64,000 nucleotides of DNA from Tepidisphaeraceae bacterium (GTDB lineage Bacteria > Planctomycetota > Phycisphaerae > Tepidisphaerales > Tepidisphaeraceae). A program made the translations under genes and the position numbers. The stretch covers positions 37,571-101,570 of the forward strand of contig CBDAQA010000032.1 of the NCBI GenBank assembly GCA_965198865.1, given 5' to 3'. Positions 1 through 8,635 of this stretch are shown here, piece after piece. Under the pieces are notes generated by a model, which was not told where the DNA came from, did not search any database, and was given only the letters and a program-made list of their open reading frames with translations. Each line of letters opens with the position of its first letter. Position 1 is the stretch's first letter.

Positions 1-97
1 ACGCTGGAGCCGCCACAACACCGCCTGGCGCCCCGGCAAGGACGGCATCCAAACGATGCTCCGCCGCATCGACAACGCGCTGCGGGGTGACCAATGA
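1..97 (+). CDS. 3' end of an upstream CDS that runs off the window; possibly the E2-like partner of the downstream E1
   Basis: Frame 2 is open from the window edge to TGA at 95-97. The stop overlaps the ATG at 94 (ATGA junction). Only 31 aa are visible, so no domain call is possible. Confidence 0.3.
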   Translation, partial: RWSRHNTAWRPGKDGIQTMLRRIDNALRGDQ

Positions 98-1497
98 CCC
101 GGCTCACCCTCACCCTCCGGGAGGCCCACCACCGCCAGCTCGTCGGGTTGACCATGCCCGACGGCGGTCACGAGCACGTCGCCTACGTGCTGTGCGGCCG
201 GGCGGACGTGGCCGGCGAACCCTGGGACGGGTCGCCGCAGCGGCGCTACCTGTCCCGCGAGGTCGTGCCGGTCGCCGCCCCCGACGTCATCTCCGCGTCG
301 GCGGAGCACGTCCGGACCAGGACCGGCACGTTCGCCGGCCTGCTGAAACGCGCCCGGGACGAGGACCTGACGATCGCCGTCGTCCACTCGCACCCGGCCG
401 GTTACGACCGCTTCTCCGAGGTGGACGACGCCGACGAGCCGGCGCTAGTGCAGCTCGCCCAGAACCGCAACGGCGGGGCGGCCGAGGTGCTGAGCGTCGT
501 CCTCGGACGCTCCGGCCGGATGTTCGGGCGGGTTTGGCAGGCCCCAGGCCGCCACCAGCCGCTGGCCGCGGTCCGGGTCGTCGGCGACCGCCTCCGGCTG
601 GACTTCCCCGGGCGGGGCGAGGGGGAGACGCCCGAGGAGCTGGCCCGCCAGGCGCTGGCGTTCGGGCCGGCCCTGAACGCCGACCTGGGCGCGTTGAGCG
701 TCGGCGTCATCGGTTGCGGGGCGACGGGGAGCGCGACCGGCATGTTCCTGGCCCGGCTGGGCGTAAGGCGGATTTTGGCCGTCGACGCCGACGTGGTTGA
801 GCGGACGAACCTGAACCGTCTGCACGGGTCGACCGTCCGCGACGTCGGGAAGACGCCCAAGGTCGAGCTGCTCCGCCGCGTCCTGGAGGACATCGGCGTC
901 GGTGTCCGGGTCGCCACGCACCGGGGCTGGGTGGGGGACGAGGCCGTCCGCGACGCGCTCAAGTCGTGCGACGTCATCTTCGGCTGCACGGACGACGACG
1001 ACGGCCGGCTGCTGCTGAACCGCCTAGCCTACTTCTACCTGGTCCCGGTCATCGACATGGGGTTCCAGATCGACGTCGACGGCAGCTCGCCCCCGCGCGT
1101 GCTGGAGGCGGCGGGGCGGGTGACGGTGCTCGGCCCCGAGCGGCGGTGCCTGATGTGCCGCAACGTGATCGACGTGCAGGCGGCCCACGCGGACCAGCTC
1201 CGCCGGTTGAACCCGGACGAGTTCCACCGGCAGGAACAGGAGCAGTACGTCAGGGGCGGCGGCCGGCGCGACCCGTCGGTCGTCACGTTCACGACCGACG
1301 TCGCCTGCATGGCCGTCGACGAGCTGCTCCACCAGCTCACCGGCTACCGGAAGGTCGGCAGCATCGCCCACCGCGTCCGCAAGTACGCGCTCGGGGAGGA
1401 CAAGCGGCCCGGCACGGGCGACGGGTGTTCCATCTGCGGCGGCCAGGACTACTGGGGCCGGGGCGACTGCCAACCCTTTCTGGATCGGACGGGCTGA
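94..1497 (+). CDS. JAB/MPN (JAMM) metalloprotease fused to a ThiF/MoeB-type E1 adenylyltransferase
   Basis: N-terminus has EHVAYVLCG, then VVHSHPAGYDRFSEVDD, which is an exact H-x-H-x7-S-x2-D JAMM motif. The middle has VGVIGCGATGSATGMFLARLGV..AVDADVVERTNLNRL (GxGxxG Rossmann fold, ThiF signature). Two CxxC pairs are present (CLMC and CSIC). Confidence 0.8.
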   Translation: MTRLTLTLREAHHRQLVGLTMPDGGHEHVAYVLCGRADVAGEPWDGSPQRRYLSREVVPVAAPDVISASAEHVRTRTGTFAGLLKRARDEDLTIAVVHSHPAGYDRFSEVDDADEPALVQLAQNRNGGAAEVLSVVLGRSGRMFGRVWQAPGRHQPLAAVRVVGDRLRLDFPGRGEGETPEELARQALAFGPALNADLGALSVGVIGCGATGSATGMFLARLGVRRILAVDADVVERTNLNRLHGSTVRDVGKTPKVELLRRVLEDIGVGVRVATHRGWVGDEAVRDALKSCDVIFGCTDDDDGRLLLNRLAYFYLVPVIDMGFQIDVDGSSPPRVLEAAGRVTVLGPERRCLMCRNVIDVQAAHADQLRRLNPDEFHRQEQEQYVRGGGRRDPSVVTFTTDVACMAVDELLHQLTGYRKVGSIAHRVRKYALGEDKRPGTGDGCSICGGQDYWGRGDCQPFLDRTG

Positions 1498-1878
1498 ATG
1501 GTGATCCGCACACTCACGCGCTGGGTCCTGGTCAAGCTCGGCCGCATGGAGCGGCCCGACTTGGTCGGGCACCAGCAGGCCGAACACCCGTCCCCCGATC
1601 AGTTGCCGCCCGGGCGGCTGGTCGTCGTCAAGGACGGGGACGTCGAGAAGTGGGCGTGCTTCCGCTGCCCGGGCGGGTGCGGCGAGAAGGTCATGCTCCC
1701 CCTGTCCAGGAAGCGGAGCCCCCACTGGCGGGCCACGCTCGACTGGTTCCGCCGGCCGACCCTTGAGCCCTCGGTCCACCAGGCGAACGCGTGCCGCTGC
1801 CACTTCTGGGTGAGGGCCGGCAAGGTCGTCTGGTGCGACGACAGCCGGCCCCGGCCGGACCGCCACCCCAGGCCCTGA
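1498..1878 (+). CDS. Cys-rich small protein, DUF6527-like (accessory of bacterial E1/E2/Ubl cassettes)
   Basis: ATG directly follows the E1 stop codon. Pattern CFRCPGGCGEKVMLPL..W..PTLEPS..C.CHFWV..GKVVW matches my recollection of the DUF6527 family. Confidence 0.6.
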   Translation: MVIRTLTRWVLVKLGRMERPDLVGHQQAEHPSPDQLPPGRLVVVKDGDVEKWACFRCPGGCGEKVMLPLSRKRSPHWRATLDWFRRPTLEPSVHQANACRCHFWVRAGKVVWCDDSRPRPDRHPRP

Positions 1879-1913
1879 TCCGCGCCCCGGCGTCGGCGAT
1901 GCCGCCCGGCGAT

Positions 1914-2012
1914 GCGTACGAAATACGGTGCCCGCCCCGGAGCCGGGGGCGGGACAGACGGCCGGCGTGCTTGAAAGGACACGCCATGTGGCCGATACTA
2001 AATTTCGTACGC
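1914..2012. promoter_or_regulatory. 11-bp inverted repeat pair (GCGTACGAAAT / ATTTCGTACGC) bracketing a GC hairpin; candidate operator upstream of the Phd-like gene
   Basis: Arms at 1914-1924 and 2002-2012 are perfect reverse complements. The second arm ends 17 nt before the start at 2029. An internal hairpin reads CCCGCCCCGG..CCGGGGGCGGG. Confidence 0.3.
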
Positions 2013-2028
2013 AATCTGGACGGCCGCC

Positions 2029-2304
2029 ATGATCCGCACCGACGACATCCGCAAGCTGAGCGACTTCCGGCAGAACGCCAAGGCCCACCTGGACCGGCTG
2101 GCCGAGACCGGCCGCATCGAGGTGCTGACCGTCAACGGCGAGGCTAAGGCGGTCGTGATGTCGCCCCGCGTGTTCGACGAGATGGCGGCCCGCATCGAGC
2201 GGCTGGAGACGACCGTGTCGGCCCGCCGGGGCCGCACCGAGGCGGCGGGGGCCGGCCGATCGCGGCGCGACGTTCGACGGCCGCAGGCGAAGGCCGCGAC
2301 ATGA
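2029..2304 (+). CDS. Phd/YefM-family type II antitoxin-like protein
   Basis: N-terminus ..SDFRQNAKAHLDRLAETGRIEVLTVNGEAKAVVMSPRVFDEM is a typical Phd/YefM fold signature. ATGA overlap with the next gene. Confidence 0.7.
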   Translation: MIRTDDIRKLSDFRQNAKAHLDRLAETGRIEVLTVNGEAKAVVMSPRVFDEMAARIERLETTVSARRGRTEAAGAGRSRRDVRRPQAKAAT

Positions 2305-3449
2305 CCAAGGTGGAGGTCAACCCCAAGCTCCTGGAGTGGGCCTCGGACCGGTCCACGCAGGGCCGGACCGAGCTGGAGGGCCGCTTCCCCAAGCTCGCCC
2401 TCTGGATCGCCGGCGCGGACGCGCCGACGCTTAACCAGCTCGAATCGTTCTCCAGGGCGACGGCCACGCCGCTGGGGTACCTGTTCCTCCAGACGCCGCC
2501 GGTCGAGGCGCTGAACATCCCCCACTACCGGACGCTGACCGACAAGACGGTGGGCGACCCCTCGACCGAGCTGCTGGACACGCTGCACACCATGGAGCGG
2601 CGGCAGGACTGGCTCCGCGAGTACCTGACCGGCGAGGGCCGCGAGCGGGTGCCGCTGGTCAACTGCGCCAAGCCCGCCGAGGCCACGCGGACGGTGGCCG
2701 ACCGGATCGGCAAGCTGCTGGGCCTCCAGCCCGGATGGGCGACCCGGCAGCGGACGTGGGAGGACGCGCTGTCGACCCTCCGACACGCGATGACCGTGGC
2801 CGGCGTCGTCGTGGTCGTGAACGGCGTGGTCGGCAACAACACCCGCCGGCGGCTCGACGTCGAGGAGTTCCGCGGGTTCGTCCTGGTCGATGACTACGCT
2901 CCGCTGGTGTTCGTGAACGGGGCCGACAGCAAGTCGGCCCAGATGTTCACGCTGGCCCACGAGCTGGCTCACCTGGCGTTCGGCGCGAGCGCCGCGTTCG
3001 ACCTGCGGCAGATGCAGCCGGCGTCGAACGCGATTGAGCAGGCGTGCAACCGGGTCGCGGCCGAGCTGCTGGTGCCCGAGGCGACGCTCCGCCAGGTGTG
3101 GGACGCGGACGACAAGGACCCCTACGAGACCGTGTCGCGGGCGTTCAAGGTGAGCCGGCTGGTCGCCGGCCGGCGGCTGCTGGACCTCAAGTTCATCACG
3201 CGGGACGCGTTCTTCGCGTTCTACAAGCAGTACATGGCCCAGGAGCGGCGGCAGAAGGACGCGGCCGAGCCGGGCGGGAACTTCAACAACACGACGCCGC
3301 AGCGGGTGGGCATGCGGTTCGCCGTCGAGCTGGTCCGGGCGTTCCAGGAGGGCCGCGTCCTGCCGACCGAGGCGTACCGGCTGACCGACCTGAAACGCAA
3401 GTCGTTCGAGGAGCTGGCCAGGCGGGCGGTCGAGGGGGGGCTTGAATGA
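2301..3449 (+). CDS. HTH-containing ImmA/IrrE (COG2856) zinc metallopeptidase
   Basis: HEXXH motif in FTLAHELAHLAFG. The N-terminal region resembles an XRE-like antitoxin domain. Overlaps both neighbours by 4 nt. Confidence 0.8.
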   Translation: MTKVEVNPKLLEWASDRSTQGRTELEGRFPKLALWIAGADAPTLNQLESFSRATATPLGYLFLQTPPVEALNIPHYRTLTDKTVGDPSTELLDTLHTMERRQDWLREYLTGEGRERVPLVNCAKPAEATRTVADRIGKLLGLQPGWATRQRTWEDALSTLRHAMTVAGVVVVVNGVVGNNTRRRLDVEEFRGFVLVDDYAPLVFVNGADSKSAQMFTLAHELAHLAFGASAAFDLRQMQPASNAIEQACNRVAAELLVPEATLRQVWDADDKDPYETVSRAFKVSRLVAGRRLLDLKFITRDAFFAFYKQYMAQERRQKDAAEPGGNFNNTTPQRVGMRFAVELVRAFQEGRVLPTEAYRLTDLKRKSFEELARRAVEGGLE

Positions 3450-3946
3450 GCGCCCAGCCACCGTTCCTGCTTGACACGAACATCTTCATCACGGCGGCCG
3501 GTGCCTACTACGCCTTCGACCTGGCCCCGAAGTTCTGGGACAGCCTGGTGGCCCATGCCAGGGCCGGCCGGCTGTTCACCATCGACCGGGTCGCCGACGA
3601 GGTGCAGGGCGAGGGGGAGTTACAGACCTGGATGGAGGGGCCGTTCGCCCCGTACGTTCAGGACTCCGGCAAGCCGGAGACGCTGGCCCCCTACGCCGCG
3701 CTGATGCGGTGGTCGCAGGCGCAGAAGTTCAAGGATTCAGCCAAGGCCGAGTTCGCCAAGGCGAGCGTGGCCGACGCGTGGGTCGTGGCGCACGCCAAAG
3801 CGGCGGGGGCCACCGTCGTAACGCACGAGAAGTACGAGCCGGCGTGCGTCCGCAGCGTGAAGATACCCAACGCCTGCAAGTTCCTCGGCGTGGAGTGCGT
3901 CGACACCTACGTCATGCTCCGGACGCTAGGCGTGAAGCTGACCTGA
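3446..3946 (+). CDS. DUF4411-like PIN-fold nuclease
   Basis: N-terminal FLLDTNIFI (PIN acidic motif) and C-terminal DAWVVAHAKA..ATVVTHE. A recurrent partner of ImmA/IrrE genes. Confidence 0.65.
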   Translation: MSAQPPFLLDTNIFITAAGAYYAFDLAPKFWDSLVAHARAGRLFTIDRVADEVQGEGELQTWMEGPFAPYVQDSGKPETLAPYAALMRWSQAQKFKDSAKAEFAKASVADAWVVAHAKAAGATVVTHEKYEPACVRSVKIPNACKFLGVECVDTYVMLRTLGVKLT

Positions 3947-3985
3947 CCGCCGGGGTGATGCTGTGGGAGGGGGGACCCGCGGCAC

Positions 3986-5341
3986 TGTACAGACCGGGGA
4001 CATGGGTAACAGGCGTTCGGAGACATGGGTAACACTCGACAATGGCGCGGAACCGGGAGGTTCCGATGCCGTGGCAGGAGTGTTCATCCGTGACCGCACG
4101 ACTGGAGTTCGTGGAGCTGGCGCAGGCCGAGGGGGCCAACGTGGCCCTGCTCTGCCGGCGGTTCGGGGTCAGCCGCCGGACGGGCTACAAGTGGTTGGCC
4201 CGGTACAAGGCCCGCGGGTCCGAGGGGTTGTCCGACCGGTCCCGCCGGCCCGTCCAGAGCCCGGCGCGGCTGGCCGATGACGTCGAGCAACGCATCGTCG
4301 ACCTGCGGCGGCGGCACCCGGCCTGGGGCGGCCGCAAGCTGGCCGCCCGGCTGCGGGCGCTGGGCGTCGACGGGGTGCCGGCGGCCAGCACGGTCACGGC
4401 CGTCCTGCGGCGGCACGGGCTGCTGGACCCGGCCGAGTGCCAGGCCCGGCAACCGCCGGTCCGGTTCGAACACCCCCGCCCCAACGCCCTGTGGCAGATG
4501 GACTACAAGGGGCACGTGCCGATGGCCGGGGGCGGGCGGTGCCACCCGCTGACGGTCCTGGACGACCACTCGCGGTACTCGCTCGTGCTCGCGGCCTGCG
4601 CGGACGAGCGGACCGAGACGGTGCAGCACCACCTGACGGCGGCGTTCCGCCGGTACGGCCTGCCCCGGCGGATGCTGGCCGACAACGGCTCGCCGTGGGG
4701 GGCGGCCGGCGGGACGGCGTCGGACGGGACGTGGACCCGGCTGAGCGTGTGGCTGGCCCGGCTGGGCGTGCCGGTCAGCCACGGCCGGCCGCGGCACCCG
4801 CAGACCCAGGGCAAGGAGGAGCGGTTCCACCGGACGCTGGTGGCCGAGGTCCTGCGGTGGCGGCCGTTCGCCGACCTGGCCGACGCCCAGGCGACGCTGG
4901 ACCCGTGGCGGTTCACGTACGACCACGAGCGGCCGCACGAGGCGCTGGGGATGGGCGTCCCCGCCGGGCGGTACACGCCATCGGCCCGGCCGTTCCCCGA
5001 GCGGTTGCCGTCGGTGGAGTACGACGCGGCGGACGTGGCCCGGCGGGTCCGCAGCGACGGGTGCGTCCAGTTCCACGGCCGGATGGTCATGGTCGGGTCG
5101 GCCCTGATCGGCGAACTGGTGGCGTTGCGGCCGACGCGCGACCAGGGACTGTGGGACGTGTACTACTGCCAGCAGTTCGTCGGCCGGGTCGACGAACGGG
5201 AAGAGGGGATCGGGTCGCGGCTGTCGCGTCGCCGGCGGGTGCTCGCCCCGCTCGCCCCCGCCGACGACGCGGGGTAAGGTGACCGGGACAGGTGTTACCC
5301 ATGTCTCCGAACACCTGTTACCCATGAGTCCGGTCTGAACA
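3986..5341 (+). mobile_element. IS481-family insertion sequence
   Basis: About 50-bp imperfect terminal inverted repeats at 3986-4035 and 5292-5341, with about 45/50 matching. Each IR carries a duplicated CATGGGTAACA. GGCAC direct repeats flank the element at 3981-3985 and 5342-5346. A single transposase ORF lies inside. Confidence 0.85.
4042..5277 (+). CDS. IS481-family DDE transposase (HTH plus rve integrase core)
   Basis: WQMDYKGH..LTVLDDHSRYS..DNGSPW..HPQTQGKEERFHRTL is the IS481/IS3 integrase-core signature. Confidence 0.9.
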   Translation: MARNREVPMPWQECSSVTARLEFVELAQAEGANVALLCRRFGVSRRTGYKWLARYKARGSEGLSDRSRRPVQSPARLADDVEQRIVDLRRRHPAWGGRKLAARLRALGVDGVPAASTVTAVLRRHGLLDPAECQARQPPVRFEHPRPNALWQMDYKGHVPMAGGGRCHPLTVLDDHSRYSLVLAACADERTETVQHHLTAAFRRYGLPRRMLADNGSPWGAAGGTASDGTWTRLSVWLARLGVPVSHGRPRHPQTQGKEERFHRTLVAEVLRWRPFADLADAQATLDPWRFTYDHERPHEALGMGVPAGRYTPSARPFPERLPSVEYDAADVARRVRSDGCVQFHGRMVMVGSALIGELVALRPTRDQGLWDVYYCQQFVGRVDEREEGIGSRLSRRRRVLAPLAPADDAG

Positions 5342-5430
5342 GGCACCAGCGACCCGCCGGCAGGGCGAGTTAGCACGCTCCAATCGCCGCGGCGCTCCGG
5401 GGGCAACCGACGGCGCCATTGACCGCCGGG

Positions 5431-5757
5431 TCACTTGATCGTCTTGGACTTCAGGTCCAGCAGGTCGTCGATTAGCCGGGTTTCCAGGTCGATGTTCCGC
5501 CGGATCATCGCCACGTCGTCGCGGAACTCGAACGGCAGGCGGGGGTCCATCTCCATCGCCGTCGCCGCCATCGCGACCGGCGTCAGCGGCGTCCGCAACT
5601 CGTGGCTCAGCACCGCGAGGAAGGCATCCTTCGCCCGGTTCGCTGCCTCGGCCTCCTCCTTCGCCTCGCGCATCGCGGCCGCCGCGTGCTCTGCCCGCTC
5701 CGTCAGTTCGTGTTGCCGGACGGAGGACGCCAACAGTTCAGTGTTCAACTTGCGCAA
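5431..5757 (-). pseudogene. Fragment of a sensor histidine kinase (coiled coil plus HisKA only)
   Basis: H-box FLAVLSHELRTPLTP is present, but the ORF stops about 45 aa later with no HATPase_c domain. The frame is open upstream only to the TAG at 5836-5838. No sensor domain is present. Confidence 0.7.
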
Positions 5758-5835
5758 CTCGTTGCTCTGCCGATTTTGCTCTTGGGATGCCGCCGTGCGC
5801 TGCTGCTCGACGTGCCGCGAGTATGCGACGACCGC

Positions 5836-6219
5836 CTACCGGGGAGCGGAGTGTCCGCCACGGTCCAGGACTGGCGAAGTGGAGTTGCGAAACGGGCCCG
5901 CAGACCGCGGGCTCGTCAACAATCCCTCCACCCGGCGTGCGGCGTCCCGGATTTGCCGCTCACGCCCCGGGTCCGGCGGGTGTGGCGGGGGAACGTCGTG
6001 GCGTGGCGTCCGTGCGAACCGCTGTAGTGCTTCGCGGCTTGTGTAGGTCGTTCCGCCGACTCGAACGGCTTCGAGTCGCACGCCGCCGACGCCTCGCTGT
6101 GCCCACCGGTACACCGCGCTCACGTGGACGCGCTTGCCGCTGGGCCGCGGCGGGAGGAGCCGCGGCACTTCCTGGAGGGGCACGAGCTGCTCGGTCGCGA
6201 GGTCGATCATCGCGTTCAC
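5836..6219 (-). CDS. DUF1580-like HTH / excisionase-like DNA-binding protein
   Basis: LVPLQEVPRLLPPRPSGKRVHVSAVYRWAQRGVGGVRLEAVRVGGTTYTSREALQRF matches my recollection of the DUF1580 (Planctomycete) small HTH family. Confidence 0.55.
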   Translation of the reverse strand: MNAMIDLATEQLVPLQEVPRLLPPRPSGKRVHVSAVYRWAQRGVGGVRLEAVRVGGTTYTSREALQRFARTPRHDVPPPHPPDPGRERQIRDAARRVEGLLTSPRSAGPFRNSTSPVLDRGGHSAPR

Positions 6220-6459
6220 AGCGGGGTTCGGGAGCGGTCGCCCGCACCCGGGTACTCAAACGTACGATATGGTATGTAAAAAGTCAATAAATTCATCCGG
6301 TTTCCGTCTTGGCTTGTCTCACGTTCAACGCCGTTCCGCACAGCAGTAGCCCTGGGGCGATGGGGCAATGGGCCGGACCGCCGTGGGTGGAGGACTACCT
6401 GACGGCGGCGGTGCTCGGGGCGGCGAAGTGGCCGGGCCGGACCGCGTTACCCTGGGGCG

Positions 6460-6693
6460 ATGCCCCGACCCAAACTCCCCCTGACGTCCGACGGCAAGCC
6501 CCTCACCACCCAGCGGTCCTACCGATTCGACACACAGCTGTTCGAGGCGTTCGAGGCGGACTGCCGCAAGGGCTTGCGGAACCCGAACTTGGTCCTGTCG
6601 GCGCTAGTGGCCCACTGGCTGGACGCCGACGCGGCGGATCGGGAGCGGATCGCGGCGAAGTTGCCCGGCCGGGTGGGGGACGGCGAGCAGTGA
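6460..6693 (+). CDS. Small RHH-like protein, paralog of 15060-15308
   Basis: About 60% identity over roughly 50 aa to the second copy (QRSYRFDTQLFEAFEADCRKGLRNPNLVLSALVAHWLD versus QRTYRFNAQLWADFEADCARHLRNPRLVVEALVRHWLD). Conservation at the protein level supports coding. Confidence 0.6.
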   Translation: MPRPKLPLTSDGKPLTTQRSYRFDTQLFEAFEADCRKGLRNPNLVLSALVAHWLDADAADRERIAAKLPGRVGDGEQ

Positions 6694-7618
6694 GGAAAGT
6701 GGGCCAGCGCCAACGTCCGCCGCCGCCCCGCGGTCGATGCCAGTACAGCCCGAGCGTGTGGTGCCACCACTCGCGGTCGGCCGCCAGGACCGGCTGCCCG
6801 GCCTCAACGAAGGCACGCAGCACGCCGGCGTGCCAGTTGTCGACGGGTGGGCGGCCGCCCACGTACTCCGGCTCGACGTGAACGGCGCGACTGGTGGATG
6901 TCAGCAGGTTGCCGTCGCTGTCCTGCGCGGACAGGGTGACGAACCGCACGTCGCGACACAGCGCGAGCCGCAGCAGTTGCTCAACGTCGAGCGCAACCTT
7001 GGCGACGGTGGCGGCGGTGTCGCCCTGCACGAATGGGGTTGTCAGCGTGGCCGACTCGACGGGCACGTTCGCCGGCTTCGCGCCGTTGCGTCGCATGCGA
7101 AACAGCTCGTCCGTGAGCATCCATTCCCGGCCGTCGACCGTGAACCGCAACCGGCTACGACTCCGGCCGTTCGGCCGCGGCTCGCCGCCGTCCGGGGCCG
7201 GCAGGTGGTGCTCAACCCATTCGTCGCCGATGTGCAGCCGCACGTTCGCGAGGTCGAAACGCCACGTCGCGGCGTTCGCGACGGCCGCGGCGGCGGTGGT
7301 CGTCTCGGACGGGCCGACGTGGGCGTTGAACCGGATCGTACTGCCGTCGTGAAAGCTCACCCGGCCCAATGCGGCGAGCGTCGTTTTAACGAGACGCTCG
7401 TGGTGCGTGGCGACGACGATCGGCTGGCCGACAATCTTCGCCAGCTTGTCGCGGTCGGTCGTAGCGTTGATCGTGTCGTCGGACGACGCGGCAGCATCGA
7501 ACTCGACCTCAGCGGGCACGCCGAGGTCGTCATAAGACAGCTTGCCTGGGAATTGGCCCTTTCGCCCGCCGATAGCGGTGAGGTCGACAGTGACTTGTGC
7601 CGAGATGGTGAGACGCAT
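6503..7618 (-). CDS. Hypothetical protein (371 aa), no recognisable domain
   Basis: Long ORF with non-repetitive, protein-like composition over the first 300 aa or so. The last 60 aa are Pro/Arg/Gly junk-like and overlap the + strand gene 6460-6693. Confidence 0.45.
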   Translation of the reverse strand: MRLTISAQVTVDLTAIGGRKGQFPGKLSYDDLGVPAEVEFDAAASSDDTINATTDRDKLAKIVGQPIVVATHHERLVKTTLAALGRVSFHDGSTIRFNAHVGPSETTTAAAAVANAATWRFDLANVRLHIGDEWVEHHLPAPDGGEPRPNGRSRSRLRFTVDGREWMLTDELFRMRRNGAKPANVPVESATLTTPFVQGDTAATVAKVALDVEQLLRLALCRDVRFVTLSAQDSDGNLLTSTSRAVHVEPEYVGGRPPVDNWHAGVLRAFVEAGQPVLAADREWWHHTLGLYWHRPRGGGGRWRWPTFLTARRPPPGRATSPRSAPDPPRRRPASGPLAPTGPSSGSASPCGSPPRTPRTAVCRIGRTAGW

Positions 7619-8002
7619 CCCGAATCTTAGTCACGGTCAGGGGCGTGACCGGTCACACATGCCCTGACAATTGACGATCTGCCGACGGCCTAATGGCTGG
7701 CGAGACTGGGTCCCAGAGCAGCCGATAGGCAACGTGAAGCTCTGCAAACTGTGCGGCCAGGACGTCAGTGCTCGGCCTCGCGTTCGGGATCCACAAGGGC
7801 AGTACTACTGCCGCCACCGCCCCGACTGCCTGCTGACGTGAATGCGGCCGCGCCAACGACGCTCACGGTCGGCCCATTCCGTCCCCCCTCGGCCGGGCCG
7901 TGGACCGCCATGGCGCAGGCAGACGTCCGAGTTGGTCAGGTGATTGCGACGGGTCAGAAATCGACACGGCCCCTGAACCGGCCGCCGGACGCCGGAGTGC
8001 CG

Positions 8003-8470
8003 ATGACCGCCCAAGGATCGCTACGCCTTCACCACCTGTCCACGCAGTTGGCCGAGCTCCTCATGACGGCTGCCCTGTGCGCTCAGGAACTGCAACACGC
8101 CATCGAGGCGGAGTTAGGCTGGGACAGGAACGGCCTAGCGTGTGACCCCGCGGCGGCGGCCAACCCGCCCGGTCCGGCCGGGCGGCCCTTGGTCGACCGG
8201 GCGACCCTGACCGTCACGTGGCAAGGGCGGTCCGTTCAACTCGGGCACACCCGCGGCTTCCGGCTGCTGGAATGCCTGGCCCGCCGGCCGAACCGGTACG
8301 TCACCCACGTCGACCTGATCCGCGAAGTCTGGGACGACAACGACGAGCTCTCGACCGACACGATCCGCAGCGTCGTCAGCCAGCTCCGCTGCAAGCTCCG
8401 CGCCCACGGCATGGAGGACTTGGCCACCGCGATTGCCGGCCACTGCGGGCGGTACGTCCTGAAGCTGTAG
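8003..8470 (+). CDS. OmpR/PhoB-type winged-helix (Trans_reg_C) DNA-binding protein without a receiver domain
   Basis: C-terminus LTVTWQGRSVQLGHTRGFRLLECLARRPNRYVTHVDLIREVWDD..TIRSVVSQLRCKL. I prefer the ATG at 8003 (GGAG 5 nt upstream) over the ORF-track start at 7751. Confidence 0.7.
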   Translation: MTAQGSLRLHHLSTQLAELLMTAALCAQELQHAIEAELGWDRNGLACDPAAAANPPGPAGRPLVDRATLTVTWQGRSVQLGHTRGFRLLECLARRPNRYVTHVDLIREVWDDNDELSTDTIRSVVSQLRCKLRAHGMEDLATAIAGHCGRYVLKL

Positions 8471-8635
8471 CGGGCCCGTCCTGCGGCGGCTGCACGACAG
8501 TTGCACGACGGCACCCCGCGCCGTTGCACGGACGCGTGCGAGGATCCCCCACGTGTGGCCGGGTGGCCCGCGCCGCCCTGACCGCCGCCGGCCGTCTGGC
8601 GGGCGGCGGCGTCGGCCCGGCGGCGAGGTGCGAGG

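Noticed and set aside
87-800. 237-aa + strand ORF overlapping the JAB-E1 gene in another frame (and the similar 966-1766 and 1024-2088 ORFs)
   Set aside because: Arg/Gly/Pro-rich alternative-frame products. The frame starting at 94 carries the exact JAMM and ThiF motifs.
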